A DNA stretch of 63,315 bases, counting the filler. It is 7 parts of 7 records of this genome, joined end to end, with 100 filler letters (N's around TTAATTAATTAA, not from the genome) between each part and the next. Parts side by side here need not be neighbours in the genome. Positions count along the whole stretch, not along the records: positions 33,611 to 40,981 come from SRR31156797_35457; positions 41,082 to 47,939 come from SRR31156797_35469; 5 more parts are not named here. The stretch is one strand, 5' to 3'. Of the stretch, positions 33,511-43,831 are shown one piece after another; within the stretch, counting starts at the first letter, position 1; every line of letters begins with the position of its first letter. The notes beneath the pieces are model-generated. The model searched no databases. It saw only the letters and a program-made list of their open reading frames with translations, and was not told where the DNA came from. The translations under genes and the position numbers were made by a program.

Positions 33511-33610
33511 NNNNNNNNNNNNNNNNNNNNNNNNNNNNNNNNNNNNNNNNNNNNTTAATTAATTAANNNNNNNNNNNNNNNNNNNNNNNNNNNNNNNNNN
33601 NNNNNNNNNN
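33511..33610. other. Artificial contig linker
   Basis: N-run with TTAATTAATTAA. Confidence 0.99.
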
Positions 33611-33611
33611 C

Positions 33612-34502
33612 GAAGAAACCGGAGATGTGGACTTTGCCTACGAAATTCCGGAACTGGCCCGTTATCGGGCCAATTTTTTTCAGCAGAAAAACGGCGTCGG
33701 CGCGGTTTTCAGGGAAATCCCTTCTGAGATTCTCACCTGCGAGCAGTTGGGTTTGCCGCCTATCGTCAGACGACTGGCCTCTCTGCCCAGAGGTCTTGTC
33801 CTGGTGACCGGGCCTACGGGAAGCGGAAAATCAACCACGCTGGCCGCCATCGTGGATGAGGCCAACAAAACCCGGAAAGAACACATCCTGACCATTGAAG
33901 ACCCCATAGAATTTGTTCACCAGAGCCGGAAAGCCATCATCAATCACCGCGAAGTGGGGCTTCATACCGAGTCTTTTTCGGCAGCGCTGAGGGGCGCCCT
34001 GCGAGAAGATCCGGACATTATCCTGGTGGGTGAAATGCGGGATCTGGAAACCATATCACTGGCCATTGAGGCATCGGCCACGGGGCACCTGGTTTTCGGA
34101 ACCCTCCATACAACCAGCGCAGCCAAGACCGTGGATCGCGTCATCGAGGTATTTCCCACAAACCAGCAGGAACAGATCCGCAATACCCTTTCCGACGGTC
34201 TCAGGGCTGTGGTGGCCCAGAATCTTTTCAAACGCATCGACAAAAAAGGGAGGGTGGCGGCGCTGGAAATCATGATTGCCAATCCGGCGGTCAGGAACCT
34301 GATTCGTGAAGGGAAAACCTTTCAGATTCCATCCATGCTGCAGACCGGGAAAAAATACGGCATGCAGACCCTGGATGATGCCATTATGGAACATCTTTCA
34401 AAAGGGAGAATAAGTCCTGATGATGCTTACGGCAAGGCCAATGACAAAGCGAAATTCCTCCCTTATCTTAAGAATCCGCCGCAGGATTTTACGGAAGTGT
34501 AA
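33612..34502 (+). CDS. pilT: Type IV pilus retraction ATPase PilT, 5' truncated
   Basis: GPTGSGKST, EDPIE, LREDPD, GHLVFGTLHT, AVRNLIRE. Confidence 0.95.
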   Translation, partial: EETGDVDFAYEIPELARYRANFFQQKNGVGAVFREIPSEILTCEQLGLPPIVRRLASLPRGLVLVTGPTGSGKSTTLAAIVDEANKTRKEHILTIEDPIEFVHQSRKAIINHREVGLHTESFSAALRGALREDPDIILVGEMRDLETISLAIEASATGHLVFGTLHTTSAAKTVDRVIEVFPTNQQEQIRNTLSDGLRAVVAQNLFKRIDKKGRVAALEIMIANPAVRNLIREGKTFQIPSMLQTGKKYGMQTLDDAIMEHLSKGRISPDDAYGKANDKAKFLPYLKNPPQDFTEV

Positions 34503-34580
34503 GGTTTTAATACCATTGACCGTAATTTGGCAGCAATGGATGTCGGTGATCGGGCGCCGGCATAAAAAGGAGCCTTTGCC

Positions 34581-35753
34581 ATGAAACAGCAGGAGCTGGA
34601 TTATATATTGACGTCGATGTTGAAGGCCTACGACAATGTGTCGGATCTCAACTTCACGGTGGATAAGCCTTGCCAGGTGGAAGCCTCGGGGCAACTGCAA
34701 CCGGTGCTTGGGGGACCGCTTCCGAAAAAACTGACGGCATTTCAAACCGAAGCCATTGCCCTCAACTTGGTCAAGGGAGATCGTCGTTTGATCAAGAATC
34801 TATTGACGGAGGGATCTTGCGATATTTCCTATCAACTGGCGGGAAAGGCCCGCTTCAGGGTGAATATCTTTTCCCAGCGGGGTTGTTATTCCATTGTGAT
34901 GCGACAGCTCTCCACGCGGGTGCCGACGGTAAAAGAGATGGGATTGCCGCCCGCCTTCCTCAAAATGGCGCAGGAAAGAAACGGGATTGTCCTGGTGACC
35001 GGGGCCACGGGCTCCGGCAAAAGTACCTCACTGGCAGCCGTTTTGGACCAGATCAATGAAGATGATTCAGTCCACGTGGTGACCCTGGAAGATCCGGTGG
35101 AGTTTGTGCATTCCCAGAAAAAATCAACCTTTAACCAACGGGAGCTGGGCATCGATTTCGATACCTTTGCCTCCGGCCTGAGGGCCGCGCTGAGACAGGC
35201 GCCCAAGGTCATTTTAGTGGGAGAAATGAGAGACAGGGAAACCGTTGATATTGGGCTTTCAGCCGCTGAAACCGGGCACCTTGTTTTCAGCACCCTGCAC
35301 ACGGTGGATGCGGGCCAGACCATCAACCGGTTTGTGGGTCTTTTTGATAAGGAAGAGGAAACCCAGGTTCGGGTGCGACTGGCCGACACCCTTCGCTGGA
35401 TTGCCTGCCAGCGTCTGCTCCCCAAGGTGGGTGGCGGGCGTGTTGCCGCTTTTGAAATCATGGCCGCCAACCTAAGGGTCAAGGATACCATTTTGCACGG
35501 CGAGTCAGAGGGGAAAACCTTTTACCAGATTATTCAGGGGGGCAATGCTTTCGGCATGATGACTTTTGACCAATCCATTGTGAGCCTCTACAAGGAAGGT
35601 CTTATTACGGAAGAAACCGCCATGAGCTATGCGTCTAAAAAAGCCATCGTACATCGAGCCGTTGATGCCATAAAATCGGCAAGGGGTGAAAAAACAACCA
35701 CCATCGAAAACTTGACGGTGGATACGGGATATGGGAAAAAGGAGAGGCGTTAG
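34581..35753 (+). CDS. pilU: PilT/PilU family ATPase paralogue
   Basis: GATGSGKST, EDPVE, LRQAP, GHLVFSTLHT. Confidence 0.85.
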   Translation: MKQQELDYILTSMLKAYDNVSDLNFTVDKPCQVEASGQLQPVLGGPLPKKLTAFQTEAIALNLVKGDRRLIKNLLTEGSCDISYQLAGKARFRVNIFSQRGCYSIVMRQLSTRVPTVKEMGLPPAFLKMAQERNGIVLVTGATGSGKSTSLAAVLDQINEDDSVHVVTLEDPVEFVHSQKKSTFNQRELGIDFDTFASGLRAALRQAPKVILVGEMRDRETVDIGLSAAETGHLVFSTLHTVDAGQTINRFVGLFDKEEETQVRVRLADTLRWIACQRLLPKVGGGRVAAFEIMAANLRVKDTILHGESEGKTFYQIIQGGNAFGMMTFDQSIVSLYKEGLITEETAMSYASKKAIVHRAVDAIKSARGEKTTTIENLTVDTGYGKKERR

Positions 35754-35770
35754 CGGATAAGGAGAATTCA

Positions 35771-36442
35771 ATGGAAGTTGTCTGCTCAAGTTGTCAGGCA
35801 AGGCTCAAAATCCCTGATGAGAAAATCCCCGAAACGGGTCGAGTGACAGCCAATTGCCCGAAATGCAAAAGTAAAATTTCTTTTGAAAAATCCCGGCCCG
35901 ACCCTGAACCGCCTTCGGTTCAGGAAACGCCGAAAACGGATCCGGTGCCCCCGGGACAGGATTCGGAATATCGGGATGAGGATCCCTTTTCCCTCGATTT
36001 TTATGAGGAGGGGGCCAAGCTGGCCTTGTTGATGCTGAACCAAGCTGAAGCGGACATCGGTGTTCGGGACGCCGCGGAAGGGTTGCAGCACAAAACGGTT
36101 CTGGTGAAGGGTCCGGGAGAAGGCATCAGTAAAATGCGCTTTCATCTTTTTGACCTGCTGATTCTTTCGGACCGTTTTGAAGGCATCCCCTGGGCCCAGA
36201 GTCCCATACTTCACTACCTGAATCGGCTGCCCATGCACACCCGCAGAAAAAGCTTCCTTGTTCTGCTGGGCTCGGAGTTCGTTACCATGGACCGCATGAC
36301 GGCTTTCGGATTGAGTGCAAATCTGGTGGTGAACCCGAAGGATATGAATGAATTCGCCGGGATTTTAAAAGCTGCCCTCTGGAACCACGAAAATTTTTAC
36401 GGGGCTTTTACGGAAACCCTTAATGAACTCGGCAAAGGATAA
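35771..36442 (+). CDS. Zinc-ribbon (MJ0042-like) protein with receiver-like C-terminal domain
   Basis: CSSC...CPKC N-terminal ribbon, Pro-rich linker. Confidence 0.75.
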   Translation: MEVVCSSCQARLKIPDEKIPETGRVTANCPKCKSKISFEKSRPDPEPPSVQETPKTDPVPPGQDSEYRDEDPFSLDFYEEGAKLALLMLNQAEADIGVRDAAEGLQHKTVLVKGPGEGISKMRFHLFDLLILSDRFEGIPWAQSPILHYLNRLPMHTRRKSFLVLLGSEFVTMDRMTAFGLSANLVVNPKDMNEFAGILKAALWNHENFYGAFTETLNELGKG

Positions 36443-36487
36443 ATTTAGAAACCGGAATTCAAGATTCCGGATAAAAAAAGGAAACAG

Positions 36488-36760
36488 ATGAACATTACAG
36501 ATCAATATCGACTCAGGGTGCAGCACTGTGTCGGCACCATCATTGACGTACACAGCGCCATTAGCGAAACCTTTAAAGATGAAGATTTTTTAATTCAATT
36601 TGAAGATTTGGAAGAAGAGATCGGTAACCTGGATATGGACCTGGTTTCAGAGTTGGATATCCTCATGGTGGAACAAGCCACAAACACCCTTCTGGGGGAG
36701 CTGAAAGGCTTATTTGAAACAGGAACCTATGGGATGGTGTATCGGCAGACCGTCAATTGA
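36488..36760 (+). CDS. Hypothetical protein
   Basis: Acidic 90-aa ORF with AAGGA RBS. Confidence 0.7.
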   Translation: MNITDQYRLRVQHCVGTIIDVHSAISETFKDEDFLIQFEDLEEEIGNLDMDLVSELDILMVEQATNTLLGELKGLFETGTYGMVYRQTVN

Positions 36761-36779
36761 ATTTGCCCTGAAGGCTTAC

Positions 36780-37838
36780 TCAAGAATCCCGGCGTATCCC
36801 TTCGGAATCAATCCCTGCATCCAGTATTTGAGCCTCTTTTATGGGCTTCAACAGTTCCCGCCATTCCCGTCTCAACGCCGTTATGTTCGCTTTGCTCCCC
36901 AAAGCCCATACGGAACCGCCGGCTCCGGCCCCGGAAAATCGGCCTCCGCAGCCGACCTTTTCCGCCGCCCCTACCAGTCTCTCCGTCACATCATCGAGGG
37001 CCTCGGGGGTCATTTCTCTCCTTAGGGCCATCTCTTCCCTCAGAAAAAAAGCCGCCTGATCCCAGTTTTCGGCCTGAAGGGCCCGGGCAAAGGAATGTAC
37101 CGCCCCATTGGCCTTGATCCACCCGGACCGTGTTTTACCCGAGAGAAAATCGTTGACCCATTGATGGTTGGTTTGAGCGGCCACGTGGCTCTTGCCGCTG
37201 TAAGCCACCAGTATGCGGTTTGACAGGGCCTCCAGCCCCTCCCTGTCCAACAGGGAAGTCCGGGTCAGCGGTTCGGCCAAGCGGCCAAAATGCCATTTCC
37301 ACAGGTGAGCCCCCCCATAGACGGCCGCAGCCTGATCCTGAATGCCGCAGTTTCCACCGCTGATGCCGTCTTCCAGGTGGTAGGCCAGGTGAAGGAGCTC
37401 CTTTCTGGAAAAGGAGCGATGATCGTGCAAAACCGCCACTTCCCGGAGCGCCCCCAAGAGCGCAACAAGGGCCGTGCTGGATCCCCCAAGGGCCGATTTG
37501 ACCGGGGACTGTGAATCAATCTTCACTTCCAGACCGTGAAACCCGAAGTAGGAAACCGCTGCGAAGAAAAGCCCGAACGGCGAATCAAAGGGTAATCGAT
37601 CCGCGGGAGCCGTTTCCGTATGAGAAAAGCCCCGTGAAAATATTTTCACCTCTCCATGGTCATGGGGAGTGAGGGTTACGGAGGTTCTGAGGGTGAGGGC
37701 CATGTTCACGGTGGCGGGGATCTTCCTTTCCAGGGGAAGGGCCAATGCCTTGATATCCCATGTTCCGCCGGCATCCACACGACAGGGTGCGGATACCGTC
37801 ACCGGCGAGCGGGTCAGCAGTTCTTGAATCGAACCCAT
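36780..37838 (-). CDS. GHMP-family sugar kinase (galactokinase/HddA-like)
   Basis: SAPCRVDAGG, PVKSALGGSS, GIQDQ, SGAGAGG. Confidence 0.87.
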   Translation of the reverse strand: MGSIQELLTRSPVTVSAPCRVDAGGTWDIKALALPLERKIPATVNMALTLRTSVTLTPHDHGEVKIFSRGFSHTETAPADRLPFDSPFGLFFAAVSYFGFHGLEVKIDSQSPVKSALGGSSTALVALLGALREVAVLHDHRSFSRKELLHLAYHLEDGISGGNCGIQDQAAAVYGGAHLWKWHFGRLAEPLTRTSLLDREGLEALSNRILVAYSGKSHVAAQTNHQWVNDFLSGKTRSGWIKANGAVHSFARALQAENWDQAAFFLREEMALRREMTPEALDDVTERLVGAAEKVGCGGRFSGAGAGGSVWALGSKANITALRREWRELLKPIKEAQILDAGIDSEGIRRDS

Positions 37839-37958
37839 TGATTTTTTAATCCTTCATTTTTTGTCAGTTTCTTAAAAATGGCACTTTTGTGAAAAATGAG
37901 TTAATGTAAGAATATACAGAAATTGATTTATGGAAGCAACCGGAACTCAGCGGGAAAT

Positions 37959-38744
37959 ATGAAAATACTGTTGACCAATGATGACGGCATTCATGCACCC
38001 GGGCTTTTTGCCCTGCATGAAGCCCTGAAATCCGATCATGATCTTCATATTGTGGCACCCGAGGCGGAAATGAGCGCCGTGGGACATGCCATTACCCTTG
38101 TTGACCCCATACGGGTCAAAACGGTGCACAAAAACGGTACTCTTTTCGGTTACGCCATCAGCGGCACACCGGCTGACTGTGTTAAAATAGCGGTGCAGGA
38201 AATTCTCGATCCGCCGCCGGATATCATTCTTTCAGGCATCAACCGGGGTAACAATGTGGGGGTTAACATCCTCTACTCGGGGACGGTTTCCGCCGCCACG
38301 GAAGGAGCGTTCTTAGGCATCCCTTCAGCCGCCATATCCCTGGGCATTCAGAAAAAGTCTGATTTCACCTTTGCGGCCCGATTCAGCCGTCAGGTGATCC
38401 GAATCTTAACGGAAAGCGGTCTTAAAGACGGCACGGCCCTGAATGTGAATATTCCCCCGGTATCACCGGAAATGATTTCAGGCGTGTGCTGGGCAAGGCA
38501 GGGAACCAGCCGGTTTGAGGAGCGCTTTGAACGACGTCGTGATCCCAGGGGGAATGTTTACTATTGGTTAAGCGGTGAAACCTTCATTGAAAACGGAAAT
38601 GCCGACAACGATTCCGCGGCCCTCAAACAAAACAAGATTACCATCACCCCCATCCATTACGACCTGACCGATGAAGGGGAACTCACACGGCTAAAAGGCG
38701 CCGGCATGTTTGATAGACTCGGTGAATTTCTGCCTAGGGAATGA
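37959..38744 (+). CDS. surE: 5'/3'-nucleotidase SurE
   Basis: ILLTNDDG, SGTPADCV, SGINRGNN, YSGTVSAA. Confidence 0.97.
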   Translation: MKILLTNDDGIHAPGLFALHEALKSDHDLHIVAPEAEMSAVGHAITLVDPIRVKTVHKNGTLFGYAISGTPADCVKIAVQEILDPPPDIILSGINRGNNVGVNILYSGTVSAATEGAFLGIPSAAISLGIQKKSDFTFAARFSRQVIRILTESGLKDGTALNVNIPPVSPEMISGVCWARQGTSRFEERFERRRDPRGNVYYWLSGETFIENGNADNDSAALKQNKITITPIHYDLTDEGELTRLKGAGMFDRLGEFLPRE

Positions 38745-38916
38745 GGAATTGGAAAGAGTTTCCTCCGAATGCCATTTCCGGGAAATCGGGCTAAACGAAA
38801 GGCGAACGAAGACCACCCGATGAGTATCGGCCCAAAATATAGTCACTTCGCACGATAGCACGCCGTCTCGGGTTCGTCGGTCCGGTCTGGCGGCAGCCCC
38901 ACCCGGCCCTGCCGCG

Positions 38917-40981
38917 TTACTGAATCTTATTAAAATTCAGGACGTGAAAGGGCCAGCTGTTGCGGTCTATGACGAGGTCGGGGTAGTTGTGTTGCAGCAA
39001 GAACTCCTGCTGGCAACTTTTATTTGCAAAAAAACCGACGTATTGTATCCACCAATCCCAGTATTTATATTCCTCCTCCACCGGACTCAACGGATCACCC
39101 GAAGGATCGCCCGAATAAGGGCAGGCAGTGGCAGCTCGGAAGCGATAGGTGCCGTCGGCGAGACCGGGGTACAGCATGGTCAGTCGAATGTCGTGGGGCC
39201 TTTCCGGAAACTCATAGGAGTAGACAATCGTCGGCTTGATCACCTCCCCGCTGGATGTCCGTACCAGCTGCCATTCTTGCTGGACGGCATCGGCCCCGTT
39301 TAAACCTCCGTACGGTGTAAGCTCCGTATGATACCATTCATAATGTACAAATCCGGTTAGGGCGATCCCGGTCTGTGCGAGCCCCACTTGCATAAGGAAC
39401 GCTTCGACGGACGACTCGTTGTTTCCGGGAAGCGCCGCCGCGGTTCCTTCCCCATACACGCTGTCCAGCTCGTCCTGCATGTGCACGGGCGGCCAAACGC
39501 CACAAAGACCCGTATCAGGCATCCCGCAGCCTTTGCACGCCGCATCCAGGATCAACTCCGATGTCGGCGGCTCGGCCGGAATGCTCTTATACCCTGCTAC
39601 CCGGGTGAGAGGTTCGAGGAACAGCTGCACCTGCTCTTGCCACCTGGAATTCCACTGTTTGAGAATGATATCCAAATCGACCTCGAGGGAAGCGTCCTCA
39701 GCGTATGTCTTTCCGTTGGCCGTTATGGTCATGTTTGCCCGGCTCCGGTATGCCTGAGACAGCACCGCGAGCGCCTCGAGCTGGCGTGTGAAAACGAGAG
39801 CCCCGATCGCCAAATATATATCCACCATGTCCTCGCCCACAAAATGGGCGGCCGCCTCGTCGAAGAATCTAGTGGTTCCCCCCAATCCGGTGATGTGGTC
39901 GTGCATCCGGTCCAGTCCAGCGCGAATTTCGGTCGCATTGTTGAAGGCGTTGATGACTTCGCGGTCGATCGATGCCTGGATATTTTCGATATCCGTGCTG
40001 TTTTTGCTCTTGCGGTCATTGTAAAGCCCGACCTTCAAACGGAACTGATCGAAGATGCTGTGGGCCTTGGCGCTCTCATCGAGCAATTCATTGACCTGCG
40101 CCGAATATGACATATGGATAAGCTGCGCTCGCAGTGCATTCTGAAGCGCCGTGATCTGCCTGCTGATGTAATGTAACTCCTCGTGAACTTTGTTCACATT
40201 GCGGTTGACCTCTACCACAGCATCCATGATGTCCTGTTGGCTGGGCTCTCCCAATCCGAACAAACCGAGGAAGAAGTCAATCAGGAAGTTCCCGGTTTTG
40301 GTGACGATAGCGCCGCCGATCTTCTCGCCGGCGAACTTGGCGACCGACTTGACCGCCGATTTGAACAGGTCGAAGATCGGTCCCCTCACCACCGGGGTGC
40401 CGTAGGAATGAACTTGATTCGTTCCGATGACCGATGTTGCGAGGTGTTCCACATACGGATCGAATCCCCCTTGCACCTCGGCCTCGTTGAGGAAACTGGT
40501 CGGATCGAAGAACACGTTCTGGGCCGGGGTGTCTCGATTCAGTTCCTCCACGACACCTCGGGGCAGGTCGAGATAGGCGCCTACAGCCTGCAATGCGGCG
40601 AGGTAGTCCACCTTGCCCGATTTCATGTAGGCGGCGACCAGTGTGGATTGGATCTCGACGACATGGACCGCATTGGGATCGGCGCCGTATCCCCTAAGGT
40701 GACCATCGAAGTCGATTTCGTTTACGGATCCGCCCGAAATGACGAACTCGAAGCTCGCGGGCAATATGCCGTTGACCGTGAGGAGAAACCCTCCCGAATC
40801 GCTGGTGGTTGAGGGCTCGGTGTTGAGCAGAAGTCCGTGGGCATTGCGCAGTTCTACTGTTGCTCCTGCCAAAGGACCGTTCAGGTACGCCTTTCCCATC
40901 AACATCGTCTTTACTTCCGGAGCAGAGCTCTTTCCATCACTGCAGGCGAAAGTCATCAGGAGAGGCACGAGGAATATCCAG
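38917..40981 (-). CDS. Hypothetical lipoprotein with central hydrophobic hairpin and coiled coil, 5' truncated
   Basis: Lipobox LLMTFAC; >683-aa open frame. Confidence 0.7.
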
Positions 40982-41081
40982 NNNNNNNNNNNNNNNNNNN
41001 NNNNNNNNNNNNNNNNNNNNNNNNNTTAATTAATTAANNNNNNNNNNNNNNNNNNNNNNNNNNNNNNNNNNNNNNNNNNNN
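40982..41081. other. Artificial contig linker
   Basis: N-run with TTAATTAATTAA. Confidence 0.99.
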
Positions 41082-42872
41082 TCTCCATTGGTGGGCGATA
41101 TTTCCTATCATTTCACCCATTGCAGCCATTTTAGATTGCTGGAATAAAGCATAGTCTTTTTCTTTTAAAAGTTTTTCCCTAAGCTTTTGTTCTGTGATAT
41201 CACTAAATACACCAATATAGTTTACAACTTCATTGTTTTCATTTCTAATTGCATTTATTGTTAGCCATTCAATGAAGTTTGTTCCATCACTTTTTTTATT
41301 GGTTATCTCACCTTCCCAGAAGCCTTTAGCTAAAATACTTTCCCACATTTTTGAGTAAAACTCATTTGTGTGAGTATTTGATTTTAATACATTTACTTTT
41401 TTATTTAGAATATCTTCTTTCTTATATCCTGTAATCTTTTCAAAAGCTCTATTAACATCTAAAATAACAGTATCACTATTTGTAATCATAATTCCATCTC
41501 TTGTATTACTAAATACTGTATATGCTTGTTTTAGCTTATTTTCTTTCTCTTTTTTCAAGGTTATATCTAAACCAATTGCAACTAAAAGTGTTTCTTCTGC
41601 ATTGTTTATTGAAGAAAGAGTAAACTCTACAATTCTCTCTTCTTTATCTTTATTTAAAACTATAAGTTCATCTTGGTATTTTCTCTCAGTGAAATTTTTT
41701 ATTTTATTTTTAATTGCACTTTTATCAGAACCTATCCAACACTTTAAATCCCAGAATTTTTTCTTATGAATGCTCTTTACATTTTCCCCTAGAAAATCTA
41801 AAGCAATATTGTTCATCTCTAAAATACGACCATTACTATCAATAACCGTTGCTAAAAAGTGTGAGTCTTGAAAAAGTAGTTTAAACTTCTCTTGCTCTTG
41901 TACTTGTGCTCTTTCTTGCTTTATCTCTTCTTCTTTTTTTCTAGTATATAAATAGAAGAAAAACAGTGCAATTAAAATACTTAGTACAACAATGATTGTA
42001 GTTACAACAAAAAAGTTATATTGTCTTTTATTCCAACTTGATAAACTCTTTTCATAATCAAGTTTTACAAGTAGACTTATAGGATAGTTATTTGTCAAGA
42101 TATAAGTTACGATATATTTATTATTATCTATTACTTCTATACCTGTATATTGATTTTTTTCTATTGCTGCTTTAAGTAAATCACTCTTTTTTATTCTTTT
42201 TCCAATTTTGTGATTTTCATTTGTAGACAAAAGTAAAACACCATCTAATCTTAGAATTTCAAAGATAATCTCACCAGAAGTAATATTACTAAAAAATCTA
42301 TCTTTAAAGTAATCAGTATTTAGATTTATGATAACTTGATGTACTTTATTATCTATTTCTATGTTTTTAGAAATTGGAATAAAAGATTGTTCATTAGGTT
42401 TTATTTTCTCCTCATTTTCATAAACATCACTTCCTGAAACAAAATCTCTTCCTATCCAAGGCGTTGATATTTTTAAAATATTATCATCAAATATAGGTTT
42501 TGGATAAAAGTTTTGATTAGGTAGATATAAATCTGAGTTATAGTTATTTGAACTATAGATTATTCTATTGTTTTCTAAAATATTTATAGATCTAATTTGA
42601 GGATAATCTTGAATTATTTCAAAGAGTTTATTCTCTATATTACTATAGTCTTTAGTTGTTTTAAAAAAGTTTTCAAGATTTAATATAGTTTGCTCCATAT
42701 TAGATAAATCTTGATTTAACTCTTTTGAAAAAGATTTTGCATTTAATTTCGAGATAGTAAGATAGTTATCAACTGCTTCATCTTTTAGTATTGACAAAGA
42801 AGTCATAATACTAAAAATTATAATAAAAAAAGCAAAAAACAATCCAACTACTAATTTTAAACTATTAGCCAT
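41082..42872 (-). CDS. Cache/PAS sensor histidine kinase, 3' truncated
   Basis: Two TM, two PAS, H-box MGEMIGNIAHQWR. Confidence 0.9.
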
Positions 42873-42884
42873 AATTAAACTCTA

Positions 42885-43673
42885 TTATTTTAAATTAATA
42901 ATTGGTTCTAAACCATTTTTCTTTGCTAATTTTTTTAATCTTCCATCTTTTTTAATATTCTCAATAAACTTTTCAACTTCATTATAGAATTTATCATCTC
43001 CATAAGCAGTTACCCAAGCATAAGAAGTTAAGAAATACTCTTCTTTGGGAGAAACAAGTCTTGCCCACTGAGTTTTCTCTAACATTTTTTTACCATAAGG
43101 ATAATCAGTCATAAAAACATCTGCCCTACCTGATTGAACTTCATCTTCTCTTTGTTTAAAACCTTTTATAACAACAAGCTTTGCATGTTTAAGCTTTTTC
43201 TTCATAATAGGTTCATGATAAGTTCCCTTAGCAACAGCAACTACAACACCTTTTTTATCTATATCATCCCAGTTTTGTATTTTTTTATTTGATTTAGTTG
43301 TTACAGCATAAATGTCACTGTTTAGATGAGGAGTTGTAAATCTAAGTTTTTCCATTCTTTTTTTAGTTTTTCCAATTCCAAACATTGCAATATCGCATTT
43401 ATTAGATGTTACATCTTTGATTAATGTAGGAAAAGAACTTTTAACTAGTTTTAACTCAACACCTAAATCTTTTGCTAATTCTTTAGATAAATCACTATCT
43501 ATACCTGTTAACTCTTGTGTTCTTGGGTCAATATACGTAATACTGTAATACTGAGGCCAAATACAAACTTTTAATTGCTTTGTTTCTAAAATTTTATCTA
43601 GTCTACTTTCTTGTGCGTGTGAATAAGTAGCTAGAAATATAAAGATTACTAAAATCTTAAGTTTTTTATACAT
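42885..43673 (-). CDS. Periplasmic substrate-binding protein, family 3
   Basis: Signal peptide; GIDSDL...ELAKDLGV, CDIAMFGI, GRADVFMTD. Confidence 0.87.
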   Translation of the reverse strand: MYKKLKILVIFIFLATYSHAQESRLDKILETKQLKVCIWPQYYSITYIDPRTQELTGIDSDLSKELAKDLGVELKLVKSSFPTLIKDVTSNKCDIAMFGIGKTKKRMEKLRFTTPHLNSDIYAVTTKSNKKIQNWDDIDKKGVVVAVAKGTYHEPIMKKKLKHAKLVVIKGFKQREDEVQSGRADVFMTDYPYGKKMLEKTQWARLVSPKEEYFLTSYAWVTAYGDDKFYNEVEKFIENIKKDGRLKKLAKKNGLEPIINLK

Positions 43674-43831
43674 ATCGTTTCCCTAAAATAATATTATAAA
43701 TTACTATCAGTCTATACTTTTTATATTATCATAATTTTTAATATTTATTATAAAATAAGTTAGTTTTCAATAAAGTAATATAACTGTGATATAATAATAT
43801 AAACTTAATAAATATTTATCCAAGGTATAAT

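Noticed and set aside
39388-40812. Plus-strand ORFs of 240 and 209 aa
   Set aside because: Antisense shadows of the lipoprotein gene
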